A stretch of 61,937 bases of DNA from a virus (lineage: Duplodnaviria > Caudoviricetes): positions 1 to 61,937 of the IMG/VR virus record IMGVR_UViG_3300034116_000957, one strand, 5' to 3'. The notes below the pieces were generated by a model that worked only from the letters and a program-made list of their open reading frames with translations, searched no databases and had not been told where the DNA came from. The position numbers and the translations under genes were made by a program. The stretch's first letter is position 1. Every line of letters starts with the position of its first letter. This document shows, piece after piece, positions 38,443 to 46,359 of this stretch.

Positions 38443-38955
38443 TTAGATTTTGACGTCAGTGTTGATCGTCAGGCGATGTGGAGACGGAGGACATTCCTGA
38501 TTCTTCAGATATTCCTTGATCACGCGCTCTTTGTAGAGTTTTTCGCGCTCGATCTTGTGGTTGCGCCAGATTTCGTATCGGCGGAACATGTGCTCTCTCA
38601 TCTCTCTGCATTCTTCATGCCATGAGATGCATGCTGTATCAATGCGGTTCTCAAACGCGTACGACATGATTAACGCCATTGTCTGCTCATCAAACTGACG
38701 AACATCAAACTTGTAGTCAAAGTCATGAGTGTCGATCTGCTCGGTAACAAAACGATCAAGACCGTAGACGTCTTCTGCGTTGATAGCCTCCTCATTGGAA
38801 GGCAACTTGAGGTGACCTTCATTGATGGCATCTTGCACGATGTCAAGGACTGCCTCGTGGTCAATGGACTCGGATGGCACTTCCTCAGAGAGGTTGTGCA
38901 ACTTAGCGGCGAATGTGCTGAACAACTCAGCAAGAGCGATCAAAAACTTAACCAT
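38443..38955 (-). CDS. Cassette 2: hypothetical protein
   Basis: AGGAGG in the repeat leader; stop abuts the terminator. Confidence 0.75.
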   Translation of the reverse strand: MVKFLIALAELFSTFAAKLHNLSEEVPSESIDHEAVLDIVQDAINEGHLKLPSNEEAINAEDVYGLDRFVTEQIDTHDFDYKFDVRQFDEQTMALIMSYAFENRIDTACISWHEECREMREHMFRRYEIWRNHKIEREKLYKERVIKEYLKNQECPPSPHRLTINTDVKI

Positions 38956-39135
38956 TTGATGTAGCCTCCTTGGCTACACTTTATATGCAATATGTGACGC
39001 GATGCGCCTATTAGATACAGATATATACTTACGTGCAGCGTGTAGATCGTGCCAGCTTTGACACTCCACCTATACTGACGGGGTGAGTGGGGGCAGCGCA
39101 GCGACAAAAAAAAGAGGGGCCGAAGCCCCTCTGAG

Positions 39136-39771
39136 TTACCAGCCCTTTTCGTTCTGGTTTGCGCATGTGTCGCAGACATATCCAAGGTGTTTGTCCTTGG
39201 GTGTCAAGACATTCTCACGACCGCATTGTCCGCATGGCAGGTTGCGCGGATTGCTTGCCGTTGCACGCCGTAACGATGAGACGCCGGTTGGGTCTGCGAA
39301 GTCGAAGTCGCCGTCTGGGTCGTCGTCATCATAGTCATCCCAGTCACACCGGATGATGTCGTCCTCGTCGTCGTCGCCATCCTCGGGTAAAGGATTGCCA
39401 TCCCATCCCAGCATGTCAGGCATAAAGTCGGACGGGTCAGCGTTGAACAAATCCGCCCATTCCATCAAAAGTTCTTCACTAGCTGAATCGCCGCCGATGC
39501 TGTAGTAGATGCTTTCTACTTCAGAGCATCCTGTGCACTCTGTGCCTGGTCGATGCTCACAGTCATGAAACACGCCAATCTCAAGCACTAAACGATTGTC
39601 TACGCAGGTTTCGCCATCCTCGATTTCGTCGAAGTAGGTTGCAAGATACGTCTTGCAATGGTGTTGAATGTGCTCAATCTTGTGCCATTCAAGGCGTTCC
39701 GCTTCCATGGTGAACCACGCCTTCGCGGATGCGGTGAAGGCGTCGAACACCTTCCGTTGTGTCTCTGTCAT
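39136..39771 (-). CDS. Cassette 3: acidic protein with C-terminal Zn-finger-like motif
   Basis: Asp-rich tract; CGQC...CDTC. Confidence 0.75.
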   Translation of the reverse strand: MTETQRKVFDAFTASAKAWFTMEAERLEWHKIEHIQHHCKTYLATYFDEIEDGETCVDNRLVLEIGVFHDCEHRPGTECTGCSEVESIYYSIGGDSASEELLMEWADLFNADPSDFMPDMLGWDGNPLPEDGDDDEDDIIRCDWDDYDDDDPDGDFDFADPTGVSSLRRATASNPRNLPCGQCGRENVLTPKDKHLGYVCDTCANQNEKGW

Positions 39772-39949
39772 AACAATGTAGCCTCCTATGCTACACAATA
39801 TATGCATTATGGTACGTCACACGCCTATTCCAAAGATACATATACTTACGTGGGCCGTGTAGATCGTGGGCCAACACCACCTCATCTGTACTTGCGGGGT
39901 GAGCGTGGGGTTTGGCACAAAAAAAGAGGAGGCTTTCGCCTCCCCTCTA

Positions 39950-40309
39950 TTAGTCAGTAACCAGCAATGCCCAAGCGCATGGGTCATCTTCTTTCTGAAG
40001 CATTGCTTCGACATGATTAATGGCTTTTGTCCATTCATCACGTCCAAAGTCATGGTTGTATGCGACCTGCCAAATAACGTCTTGAGATTCACGCAACATC
40101 TCAAGAGCCCACCGAAGACCAACCATGGTTCCGAGGTGATTACCATCGACTGTGACGTCTACGTTTGTGTCTGTGAACATCTCATAGACTTCATCTATTG
40201 TGAGCATTATTGGTTCAAGGTCTTGTGCCTCGATACCTTTCTCGATGTGGTCAATGAGCATCCCAATCGTCATGACGCGGTACGCTTCCGACATAAGTTT
40301 TTCCATCAT
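39950..40309 (-). CDS. Cassette 4: acidic hypothetical protein
   Basis: Bounded by the repeat leader and terminator. Confidence 0.75.
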   Translation of the reverse strand: MMEKLMSEAYRVMTIGMLIDHIEKGIEAQDLEPIMLTIDEVYEMFTDTNVDVTVDGNHLGTMVGLRWALEMLRESQDVIWQVAYNHDFGRDEWTKAINHVEAMLQKEDDPCAWALLVTD

Positions 40310-40486
40310 ACGTAGCCTCCTATGCTACACAATATATGCATTACAACACGCGTCGCACCAACCACAGATAGATATATACTTACGTGCGCGATGTAGATCG
40401 TGCGACATTGATACCACATCCATACTTGCGGGGCGGCTGTGGGGTTTGGCACACAAAAAAAGGTGGGAGCCGAAGCCCCCACCAAG

Positions 40487-41197
40487 TTACAAGGTCACCT
40501 TGCAACGGCACCCTGGTACAGGGCACTGCAACCAAGGCGTGCTCGCTTTGATGACTTTGAAGTCATCACTCTTGTAGTTGCCCTCGCTGTTGTGACCGTA
40601 CCAGTTCCACGTGTCATCGGTATAGAATCCGTGACCGGCACTGCACCGCAGGTCGCAACACGCAACGTCAAACCATGCGTCCTCATCTTGTAGCCTTGCG
40701 ATTACAGGATAGGAATATCCGCCGCGTGCATCACACCCGTTGTGGGTCATTACTGCATACAACGTGACGTCGTCCCAATCACATTCGCCACCCTCAATAC
40801 TACAGTTGTAGTACAGGACTTCTTGTGAAAGGAAGCTTTCATTGTTGTACGTGTTGTGAGCACCTACGCTTTTTGCCATCAGGCTTTTTGTGAAGAAGTG
40901 TTCTACCACTTCACCCCATGATGCATCAGGCATAGTTTCCGCAACGGCATTGAGAGTGTCTGTGTACTCATTGTCAATGGTGAAGAATGTGCACAAAGCA
41001 TCAACAACGTTGCGGGTGATGTCCCAACCGTAAGCGCGGACGTTCAAACGAAAGTCCCAATCGACATCGGCAAGGGTCAAACCTGCGTTGCGCTCAAAGT
41101 GCCGCCCATAGGCGCCGCCCGAGTCTAGAAAGTGCCGCCCTGTGTCGTGCTGAATCATTGCGAGCCATTGCTCGCGGTCTGTTTTGTGTTCTGCCAT
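40487..41197 (-). CDS. Cassette 5: hypothetical phage protein
   Basis: TGRHFLDSGGAYGRH, NTYN.E..LSQ, H.GCDARGGYS.P motifs; C-terminal Cys cluster. Confidence 0.75.
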   Translation of the reverse strand: MAEHKTDREQWLAMIQHDTGRHFLDSGGAYGRHFERNAGLTLADVDWDFRLNVRAYGWDITRNVVDALCTFFTIDNEYTDTLNAVAETMPDASWGEVVEHFFTKSLMAKSVGAHNTYNNESFLSQEVLYYNCSIEGGECDWDDVTLYAVMTHNGCDARGGYSYPVIARLQDEDAWFDVACCDLRCSAGHGFYTDDTWNWYGHNSEGNYKSDDFKVIKASTPWLQCPVPGCRCKVTL

Positions 41198-41393
41198 GAT
41201 AGGCAAACCTCCGATTGAGTATCGGCTTTCGCCGTACACTTTATATGCAATAAACTACGCCACGCGCCTATTACAACAATATATATACTTACGTGCTGAG
41301 TGTAGATCGTGCTGATCCACTACTCTCGTCTATACTGACGGGGCGTTGGTGGGCGTCGAATGACAAAAAAAGAGGGGCCGAAGCCCCTCTGAG

Positions 41394-41816
41394 TTAGCAG
41401 TTCTCCTTTACCATTCCGCCTCGTGGACCGACTTTGATGATGAAGTCAGGATAGTCGCCGACTTCCCCAACGTAGCATTCAAAGTAGGCATCGTTGTCAA
41501 GGCATGGATACATCCGTTGGTCATTCAACCTGCGCCACAATGCATTCTTGATTGCTGGAATACTCTTGAAGTATTCAGGTTCGCCAATGCTATACGAGGA
41601 GCCGCCAACAAATATGCATTGATACCCGTTGAGGTCTTTTTGACGATAGATGCAACCGTCGGCTGTGTCATAGATATACGCTGGGTATAACTTATAGCAA
41701 CGTCCACGGTCACGATTGATTTCCTTGACTTTGGCGAGCGCCTCATTGAGTTTAGCAAACTCGCCTAACCACTCGAGTCTGCCGAGCGCGTTCCGCCGTT
41801 GAACAACATACTGCAT
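41394..41816 (-). CDS. Cassette 6: hypothetical protein
   Basis: Bounded by repeats; ends in GPRGG motif. Confidence 0.75.
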   Translation of the reverse strand: MQYVVQRRNALGRLEWLGEFAKLNEALAKVKEINRDRGRCYKLYPAYIYDTADGCIYRQKDLNGYQCIFVGGSSYSIGEPEYFKSIPAIKNALWRRLNDQRMYPCLDNDAYFECYVGEVGDYPDFIIKVGPRGGMVKENC

Positions 41817-42002
41817 GATACGTAGCCTCCTTGGCTACACAATATATGCATTACACTACGCCGAACGCCTATTAGACACAGATATATACTTACGTGGCGC
41901 ATGTAGATCGAGGCCCAATAGCAACACATCTATACCGGCGGGGTGTGCGTGTGCATTTTTTGGCACAAAAAAAAGAGGGCGGTCGGTGCGCCCTCTTCAG
42001 TA

Positions 42003-42383
42003 TTAGAAATCAGCCTCGAACTTAGCTACGTATGAACGCAGGTCGTCTTCAAGTACCTTGCATTCAGACTTCAAGTCAGCAATGGTGCGAAGGTGTGTCT
42101 TCTTTTCCATAACCGCTTGACTGTACAGGTTCTGATACATCTCAGCGCGTTCACGCTGTTGTTTAGCATCGTTCATTGCAAACTCGCCAAACTCTTTGTG
42201 TTCCTTGACATGACGTAGCAATGTCTGGATGTTTTTCCAGTCTCGTGCAGACCGTGCTGTGTAGATATCAACAGAGCGTTGAAGACTATTGGCATGATGT
42301 GTCATCTCCATATACTTTCCAACAGCGATAACAGTGACGAGAAGCATCGCGGAGCATAGCACCGCAAGAATCATAACTAACAT
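42003..42383 (-). CDS. Cassette 7: membrane-anchored coiled-coil protein
   Basis: N-terminal hydrophobic helix followed by heptad-like region. Confidence 0.7.
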   Translation of the reverse strand: MLVMILAVLCSAMLLVTVIAVGKYMEMTHHANSLQRSVDIYTARSARDWKNIQTLLRHVKEHKEFGEFAMNDAKQQRERAEMYQNLYSQAVMEKKTHLRTIADLKSECKVLEDDLRSYVAKFEADF

Positions 42384-42563
42384 ACTAAAACCTTTCTTTC
42401 TACCGACACTTTATATGCAATACAGTACGCTACACGCCTATTCTAAAGATATATATACTTACCTGGTGCATGTAGATCCTGGGCAGATAACAACGCAGCT
42501 ATACTGACGGGGTGCGGTGGGGCGACTTTTGGCACAAAAAAGAGGGGCCGAAGCCCCTCTGCG

Positions 42564-42806
42564 CTACTTCTTCAAGTAGCAACGGCACTGGCATTGACAT
42601 TGCTCACTGATTTCATCAGCGAGGCAATCGCACCAGCAAAAGAAGCGATTCTCTTCTGTCTCGATGTGTTGACGACATCGAGTGCAACACCCTGGGTTCT
42701 TGTAGTGCCACCATAGTGACTCCAGCAGTGATGAAAAGAACACCATGACGAAGAAGATTGCGCCATACAAAGCGCACCAGCCAAGGGCTGGAATGACCCA
42801 TTCCAT
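42564..42806 (-). CDS. Cassette 8: small membrane protein with Cys-rich C-terminus
   Basis: MEWVIP start after GGAGG; TM segment; CCTRC...CWCDC...CQCQCRC. Confidence 0.7.
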   Translation of the reverse strand: MEWVIPALGWCALYGAIFFVMVFFSSLLESLWWHYKNPGCCTRCRQHIETEENRFFCWCDCLADEISEQCQCQCRCYLKK

Positions 42807-42999
42807 ATTGGAAACCTCCGAACAAGTATCGGCTTTCACCGTACACTCTATATGCAATATGCTACGCTAAACGCCTATTCTAACAATATATATACTTACG
42901 TGGCTAGTGTAGATCGTGGCAAAGTAACACTCACGCTATACCGACGGGGCGATGTGGGGCAGCTCGGCACAAAAAAAGGGAGGGCTTTCGCCCTCCAAG

Positions 43000-43575
43000 T
43001 TATTTCCCAGCGGATGCCATATCCGCCGAATGGATAATAGCCTGCAACAACGTTGCACGTTTATTATCCACTGCACAAGACTTGGGTGTTCCCCAGTCCG
43101 TGAAACCGTGATGTGCAAGCATTACCTCTGCAATCCGGTCTATCATTTTTGGTTTGGCAAGGACTCGCTCCGATGTGCCGTTAGCGTCTACCATCCACAT
43201 GACGCTCTTGATAACGTGTCCGATGCTGAAGTCACCGTACATAATCTTGCCGGTTGTGATGTCGATGCTGTACTCATCCACCTTCGCTACATCATGTAGC
43301 AGGGATGCGACCAGCAACACATCCATATCGTAATCGGTGTACTCATCGGTATTGCATTCAAGCATTGACACCGCATACTCTGCTACCTCGACAGTGTGTT
43401 GCCACAAGCCGTGTTGGTAGTTGTGATGATGTTTCATCGCGCCGGGCGCGTTGTAGAATCCAACGGGAATGGTGCGCTCCACCAACTCGCGCAGATTAGA
43501 ATCTGCAATCATATTCTTCAGTGCAGAGAAGCGAGCCGATAGGTCAAAGATGCAAGGTTGCATAGTGTTATCCAA
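43000..43575 (-). CDS. Cassette 9: HD-domain phosphohydrolase (YhaM-like, no OB fold)
   Basis: APGAMKHHH.Y..GL..HT.EV, LLHDVAK, GH, HHG...WGTP, H.AD motifs. Confidence 0.85.
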   Translation of the reverse strand: MDNTMQPCIFDLSARFSALKNMIADSNLRELVERTIPVGFYNAPGAMKHHHNYQHGLWQHTVEVAEYAVSMLECNTDEYTDYDMDVLLVASLLHDVAKVDEYSIDITTGKIMYGDFSIGHVIKSVMWMVDANGTSERVLAKPKMIDRIAEVMLAHHGFTDWGTPKSCAVDNKRATLLQAIIHSADMASAGK

Positions 43576-43903
43576 TGTAACTAAAGATATATATCAGTGT
43601 ATAAACTTTGTTACACTATATATGCAATACACCACGCGACAGACCTATTCTAAAGATATATATACTTACGTGCGCTATGTAGTTCGCTAGCATCTTAGCA
43701 CTATACGTATACTTGCGTGGTGTCGTGATGCATTTTTTTACACCCCCCTCCACCCCTACCCCCTCCCCTCCCCTAGCTACCCTGTACCCCCACATGGCAA
43801 GCCTCCCCCATACTATATATAAAAAATATGTAACAGACGCCTACAGATCATCATCCCCAACTCCTCTTTCTCCCGCCGGAGAACCACCTCCCCTAAAATT
43901 TCA

Positions 43904-43931
43904 TTGCATCCCCCAATAAACATGTTATACT
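43904..43931 (+). promoter_or_regulatory. Sigma70-type promoter for the rightward arm
   Basis: TTGCAT-N16-TATACT with extended TG, followed by AGGAG and ATG at 43949. Confidence 0.55.
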
Positions 43932-43948
43932 TACGAGCACAGGAGTTT

Positions 43949-44182
43949 ATGATGAAAAAAGAATGTTTACGAGATGACTATGAGCAGCTATTGTCTGACA
44001 TGCTGTTGATGCAGTATCGGGTTGAGGTTTTCCGTCGCAACATGCAGGTGGAGAATGGCTGCAATTGTGATCAGTTAAGTTTGGCGATGAGTGGTTCTGT
44101 TGACGAGTTGGTTGATATTGGTACTCGTCCTGTGTTGATGCCAGTGGCAAAGAAGAAGTCATGGTGGTCTAAGTGGGTTTAA
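43949..44182 (+). CDS. Hypothetical protein
   Basis: AGGAG RBS; first gene of the + arm. Confidence 0.6.
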   Translation: MMKKECLRDDYEQLLSDMLLMQYRVEVFRRNMQVENGCNCDQLSLAMSGSVDELVDIGTRPVLMPVAKKKSWWSKWV

Positions 44183-44466
44183 GTAATGCGCGTACTATTG
44201 GTAGTGTTTGCAAGCGTAGTAGCACTCAGCGTGATTATCGTCCGTTTACGCGACTGATCGATCACATTAGTATTTCTACGCAGGAGATGATTTGGCTCTG
44301 GTATAAGGAAGGCATGAGTCGTCGTCAGATGAGTGCTTCATTGTTGGAGCTTGGTATTCCAAGCCCACCAATGAAGGTACCTTGGGGTGACAGTGCTATC
44401 CGTGTAGTTGTTGAGAAGTACAAGGCTTTGGAGGCAGTTAATGGACAAGCGGAAGAAGCTGAGTGA
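44173..44466 (+). CDS. Small DNA-binding protein resembling the recombinase domain of large serine recombinases
   Basis: WYKEGMSRRQMSASLLELGIPSP...WGDSAIRVVV pattern; no catalytic domain. Confidence 0.45.
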   Translation: MGLSNARTIGSVCKRSSTQRDYRPFTRLIDHISISTQEMIWLWYKEGMSRRQMSASLLELGIPSPPMKVPWGDSAIRVVVEKYKALEAVNGQAEEAE

Positions 44467-44842
44467 GGCAAAGCTAAATGAGATCCGGGCGATGTTGGCT
44501 GAGGGTGTCAAGCCGCAGTCTGTTGCTTGGCAGTTTGGCATAAGTAACACGCACATATACAGGATTCAGTCAGCTATGCGTAAGGGTGAGGTTAAACTCA
44601 AGCGATCTTCTCTGGATAGCTGCTTGGGCCACATAAAAAATGGCTTACCATTTAGGCGTGTAGTGTGGCCTGAAAAGCTTTATTACTACTGCGCCATTGA
44701 TGAGCCAACTAAATGGTTCGTGATGGTCAATACAGAAACTGGATGTGAAGTCATAACCTTCAGGCTTGACCTAGCGCTTGAGGATCTACTTGCAAAGGAC
44801 TGGGTTGTACTTACTTGGGAGGCTGTAAATGACTGGGCTTGA
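44441..44842 (+). CDS. HTH plus DUF2829/Tad2-like fusion protein
   Basis: N-terminal IRAMLAEGVKPQSVAWQFGISNTHIYRI HTH; C-terminal IKNGLPFRRVVW...EDLLAKDWVV. Confidence 0.6.
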   Translation: MDKRKKLSEAKLNEIRAMLAEGVKPQSVAWQFGISNTHIYRIQSAMRKGEVKLKRSSLDSCLGHIKNGLPFRRVVWPEKLYYYCAIDEPTKWFVMVNTETGCEVITFRLDLALEDLLAKDWVVLTWEAVNDWA

Positions 44843-45062
44843 AGCACTTGAGTGGTTGCGAAATAGTTACAATAAAGTTAAACGTGCAGAATGGAAAGAT
44901 GATGAATATCTCAGAGTATCTGACGACCGTAAAAGCATATGTCCATCACTAGGCTACCACCGTAAACGGGGAGAAGATTGTTACTATCCAGAGGATGCAG
45001 TTATTTTGACGGAGGAAATTTTGAATGACTTTATGGAAGATGATTGGGAGATAGTGGAATGA
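44829..45062 (+). CDS. DUF2829/Tad2-like protein
   Basis: MTGLEALEWLR...KVKRAEW...DFMEDDWEIVE; GGAGG RBS. Confidence 0.6.
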   Translation: MTGLEALEWLRNSYNKVKRAEWKDDEYLRVSDDRKSICPSLGYHRKRGEDCYYPEDAVILTEEILNDFMEDDWEIVE

Positions 45063-45166
45063 GACAGTTTTGGATTAAGGTGTTGCAGCGAGTAGTTCCA
45101 TATACAGGTTTTGTTATAGGTATCATATTTGCTGAGTGGCTTTGGAAACACTTCGTAGGACGATAG
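45059..45166 (+). CDS. Small membrane peptide (35 aa)
   Basis: MRQFWIKVLQRVVPYTGFVIGIIFAEWLWKHFVGR; ATGA overlap. Confidence 0.45.
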   Translation: MRQFWIKVLQRVVPYTGFVIGIIFAEWLWKHFVGR

Positions 45167-45185
45167 CAAAATGATATTATTTTCG

Positions 45186-45273
45186 AGTAACAAGGTAGTT
45201 TAATGGAAAAACATAGGTTCAGTGAAAGTCTGAGTCTTGTAAATGGACGGTGTCGAGGCCTCCTCTTGTTACT
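45186..45273 (+). ncRNA. Degenerate tRNA-like element 1
   Basis: AGTAACAAG/CTTGTTACT closing stem; canonical-looking D arm TAGTTTAATGGAAAAAC; extended anticodon-like stem; distorted T arm. Confidence 0.4.
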
Positions 45274-45361
45274 ACATATGACTTAAACGACAAGTTAATC
45301 CTGTTTGGATGGTATTATAGGAACGCACAGGTTCCAGCAAGTCCGACCTTCGCAAAAAAAA

Positions 45362-45449
45362 GATCACCAACTACCTGCCTATTTGAAAACAGCTGGGGTA
45401 GTCCGTAGACTTCGACTCTACGGTGACGGTTCGAGTCCGTCGGTGATCT
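45362..45449 (+). ncRNA. Aberrant tRNA-like element 2 (TCG loop)
   Basis: GATCACC/GGTGATC acceptor; GACGG-TTCGAGT-CCGTC T arm; CCGTAGA-CTTCGAC-TCTACGG arm; oversized D-position arm. Confidence 0.5.
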
Positions 45450-45469
45450 TTTTGCGCGTATAATGAAGT

Positions 45470-45991
45470 ATGGACAGAAAGTATGCGTCACCTGGCCGAG
45501 TAATGAACGCTGACGTCAGCGCCTACTACGCACACCAAGACCCAATGCAAGGCGGAATGGTTACACGGCGTGGTAACCCAGTAGGTCGTGGTCGCATTGC
45601 TGTAGATCCATCAATCATCCCTTTCCGTAGCGTTGTATTCATTCCTGGTTATGGCTGGGCTACTGCCGATGATACTGGTGGACGTATAAAGGGCAATAGA
45701 ATTGATCTAGGCCACGGTGCTAATGAAGGCGATATCGCTAGAGCTTATGGCCACCAGATGCACAATGTTCATGTATATCCGCCAGATACTCCTTATCAAG
45801 GTATGAAGGATCCAGCTGCTCTGGAAGCATTCCTGCAGAGTAAGTGGAACGCTAAATATGGTCCAGGCCGTCGCCGTGCAGAAATTGATCCAAGCGGTAG
45901 CCGAATGATTGACATGATGATGCAGGACCAATTGTCGGATTACATGCCGCCTCAGCCTCAACTAGGCATGCAACAGATGCTAATGGGCTAA
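45470..45991 (+). CDS. 3D-domain (cell-wall hydrolase-like) protein
   Basis: IAVDPSIIP...IPGYG...ADDTGGRIKGNRIDL. Confidence 0.85.
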   Translation: MDRKYASPGRVMNADVSAYYAHQDPMQGGMVTRRGNPVGRGRIAVDPSIIPFRSVVFIPGYGWATADDTGGRIKGNRIDLGHGANEGDIARAYGHQMHNVHVYPPDTPYQGMKDPAALEAFLQSKWNAKYGPGRRRAEIDPSGSRMIDMMMQDQLSDYMPPQPQLGMQQMLMG

Positions 45992-46014
45992 GCCTAAAGC
46001 GCTATACTGGTTGT

Positions 46015-46359
46015 ATGAAAGCAACCTTATATCAATACGCTCTTAGGAACATATCTGTTGTTGACGGCGACACAATTAAAGCTGACCTAGATCTTGGGTT
46101 TGGCGTCATCCTTGCGGCCAGGAAGATCAGGCTGGAACATATCAACTGCCCGGAGAAAGATACGCCCGAAGGGGTTGCCGCAAAAGAATTTACGATCAAC
46201 TGGACCTCAGCCAAGGATCAGTTCGTTGTAGTCGTAAAGAATCACCGTGAGGACAAGTATGGGCGAATACTAGGCACTGTTGTCATGAATGGCCAGAGCT
46301 TAGCTGATGCGCTTAAGATTGCTGGGTTTGGTGTGGATTACGAAGGGGGAAAGCGTTAA
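46015..46359 (+). CDS. Thermonuclease (SNase-like)
   Basis: VVDGDTI...IRL..INCPE...DKYGRILG. Confidence 0.9.
   Translation: MKATLYQYALRNISVVDGDTIKADLDLGFGVILAARKIRLEHINCPEKDTPEGVAAKEFTINWTSAKDQFVVVVKNHREDKYGRILGTVVMNGQSLADALKIAGFGVDYEGGKR

Larger units (their letters stand above)
37317..43743 (-). repeat. Array of 10 conserved intergenic elements separating 9 single-gene cassettes
   Basis: Copies at ~37317-37433, 38265-38442, 38961-39135, 39778-39949, 40312-40486, 41205-41393, 41822-42002, 42387-42563, 42811-42999 and 43610-43743; shared + strand core TATACTTAC(G)TG-N5-TGTAG(A/T)TC(G)TG...TATACT(G/T)RCGGGG...ACAAAAAAA-hairpin. Confidence 0.95.

Noticed and set aside
37317-43743. CRISPR array
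   Set aside because: Units are long, degenerate and separated by whole genes; no cas genes recognised.
37317-43743. Classical integron attC sites (several genes end in TAAC)
   Set aside because: TAAC occurs in only five of nine genes, there is no consistent GTTRRRY partner, the element is not one long palindrome, and no tyrosine integrase is present.
45362-45449. Canonical tRNA-Arg(TCG) or tmRNA
   Set aside because: D arm, variable region and stem lengths are non-canonical; there is no tag reading frame or tmRNA-like length.
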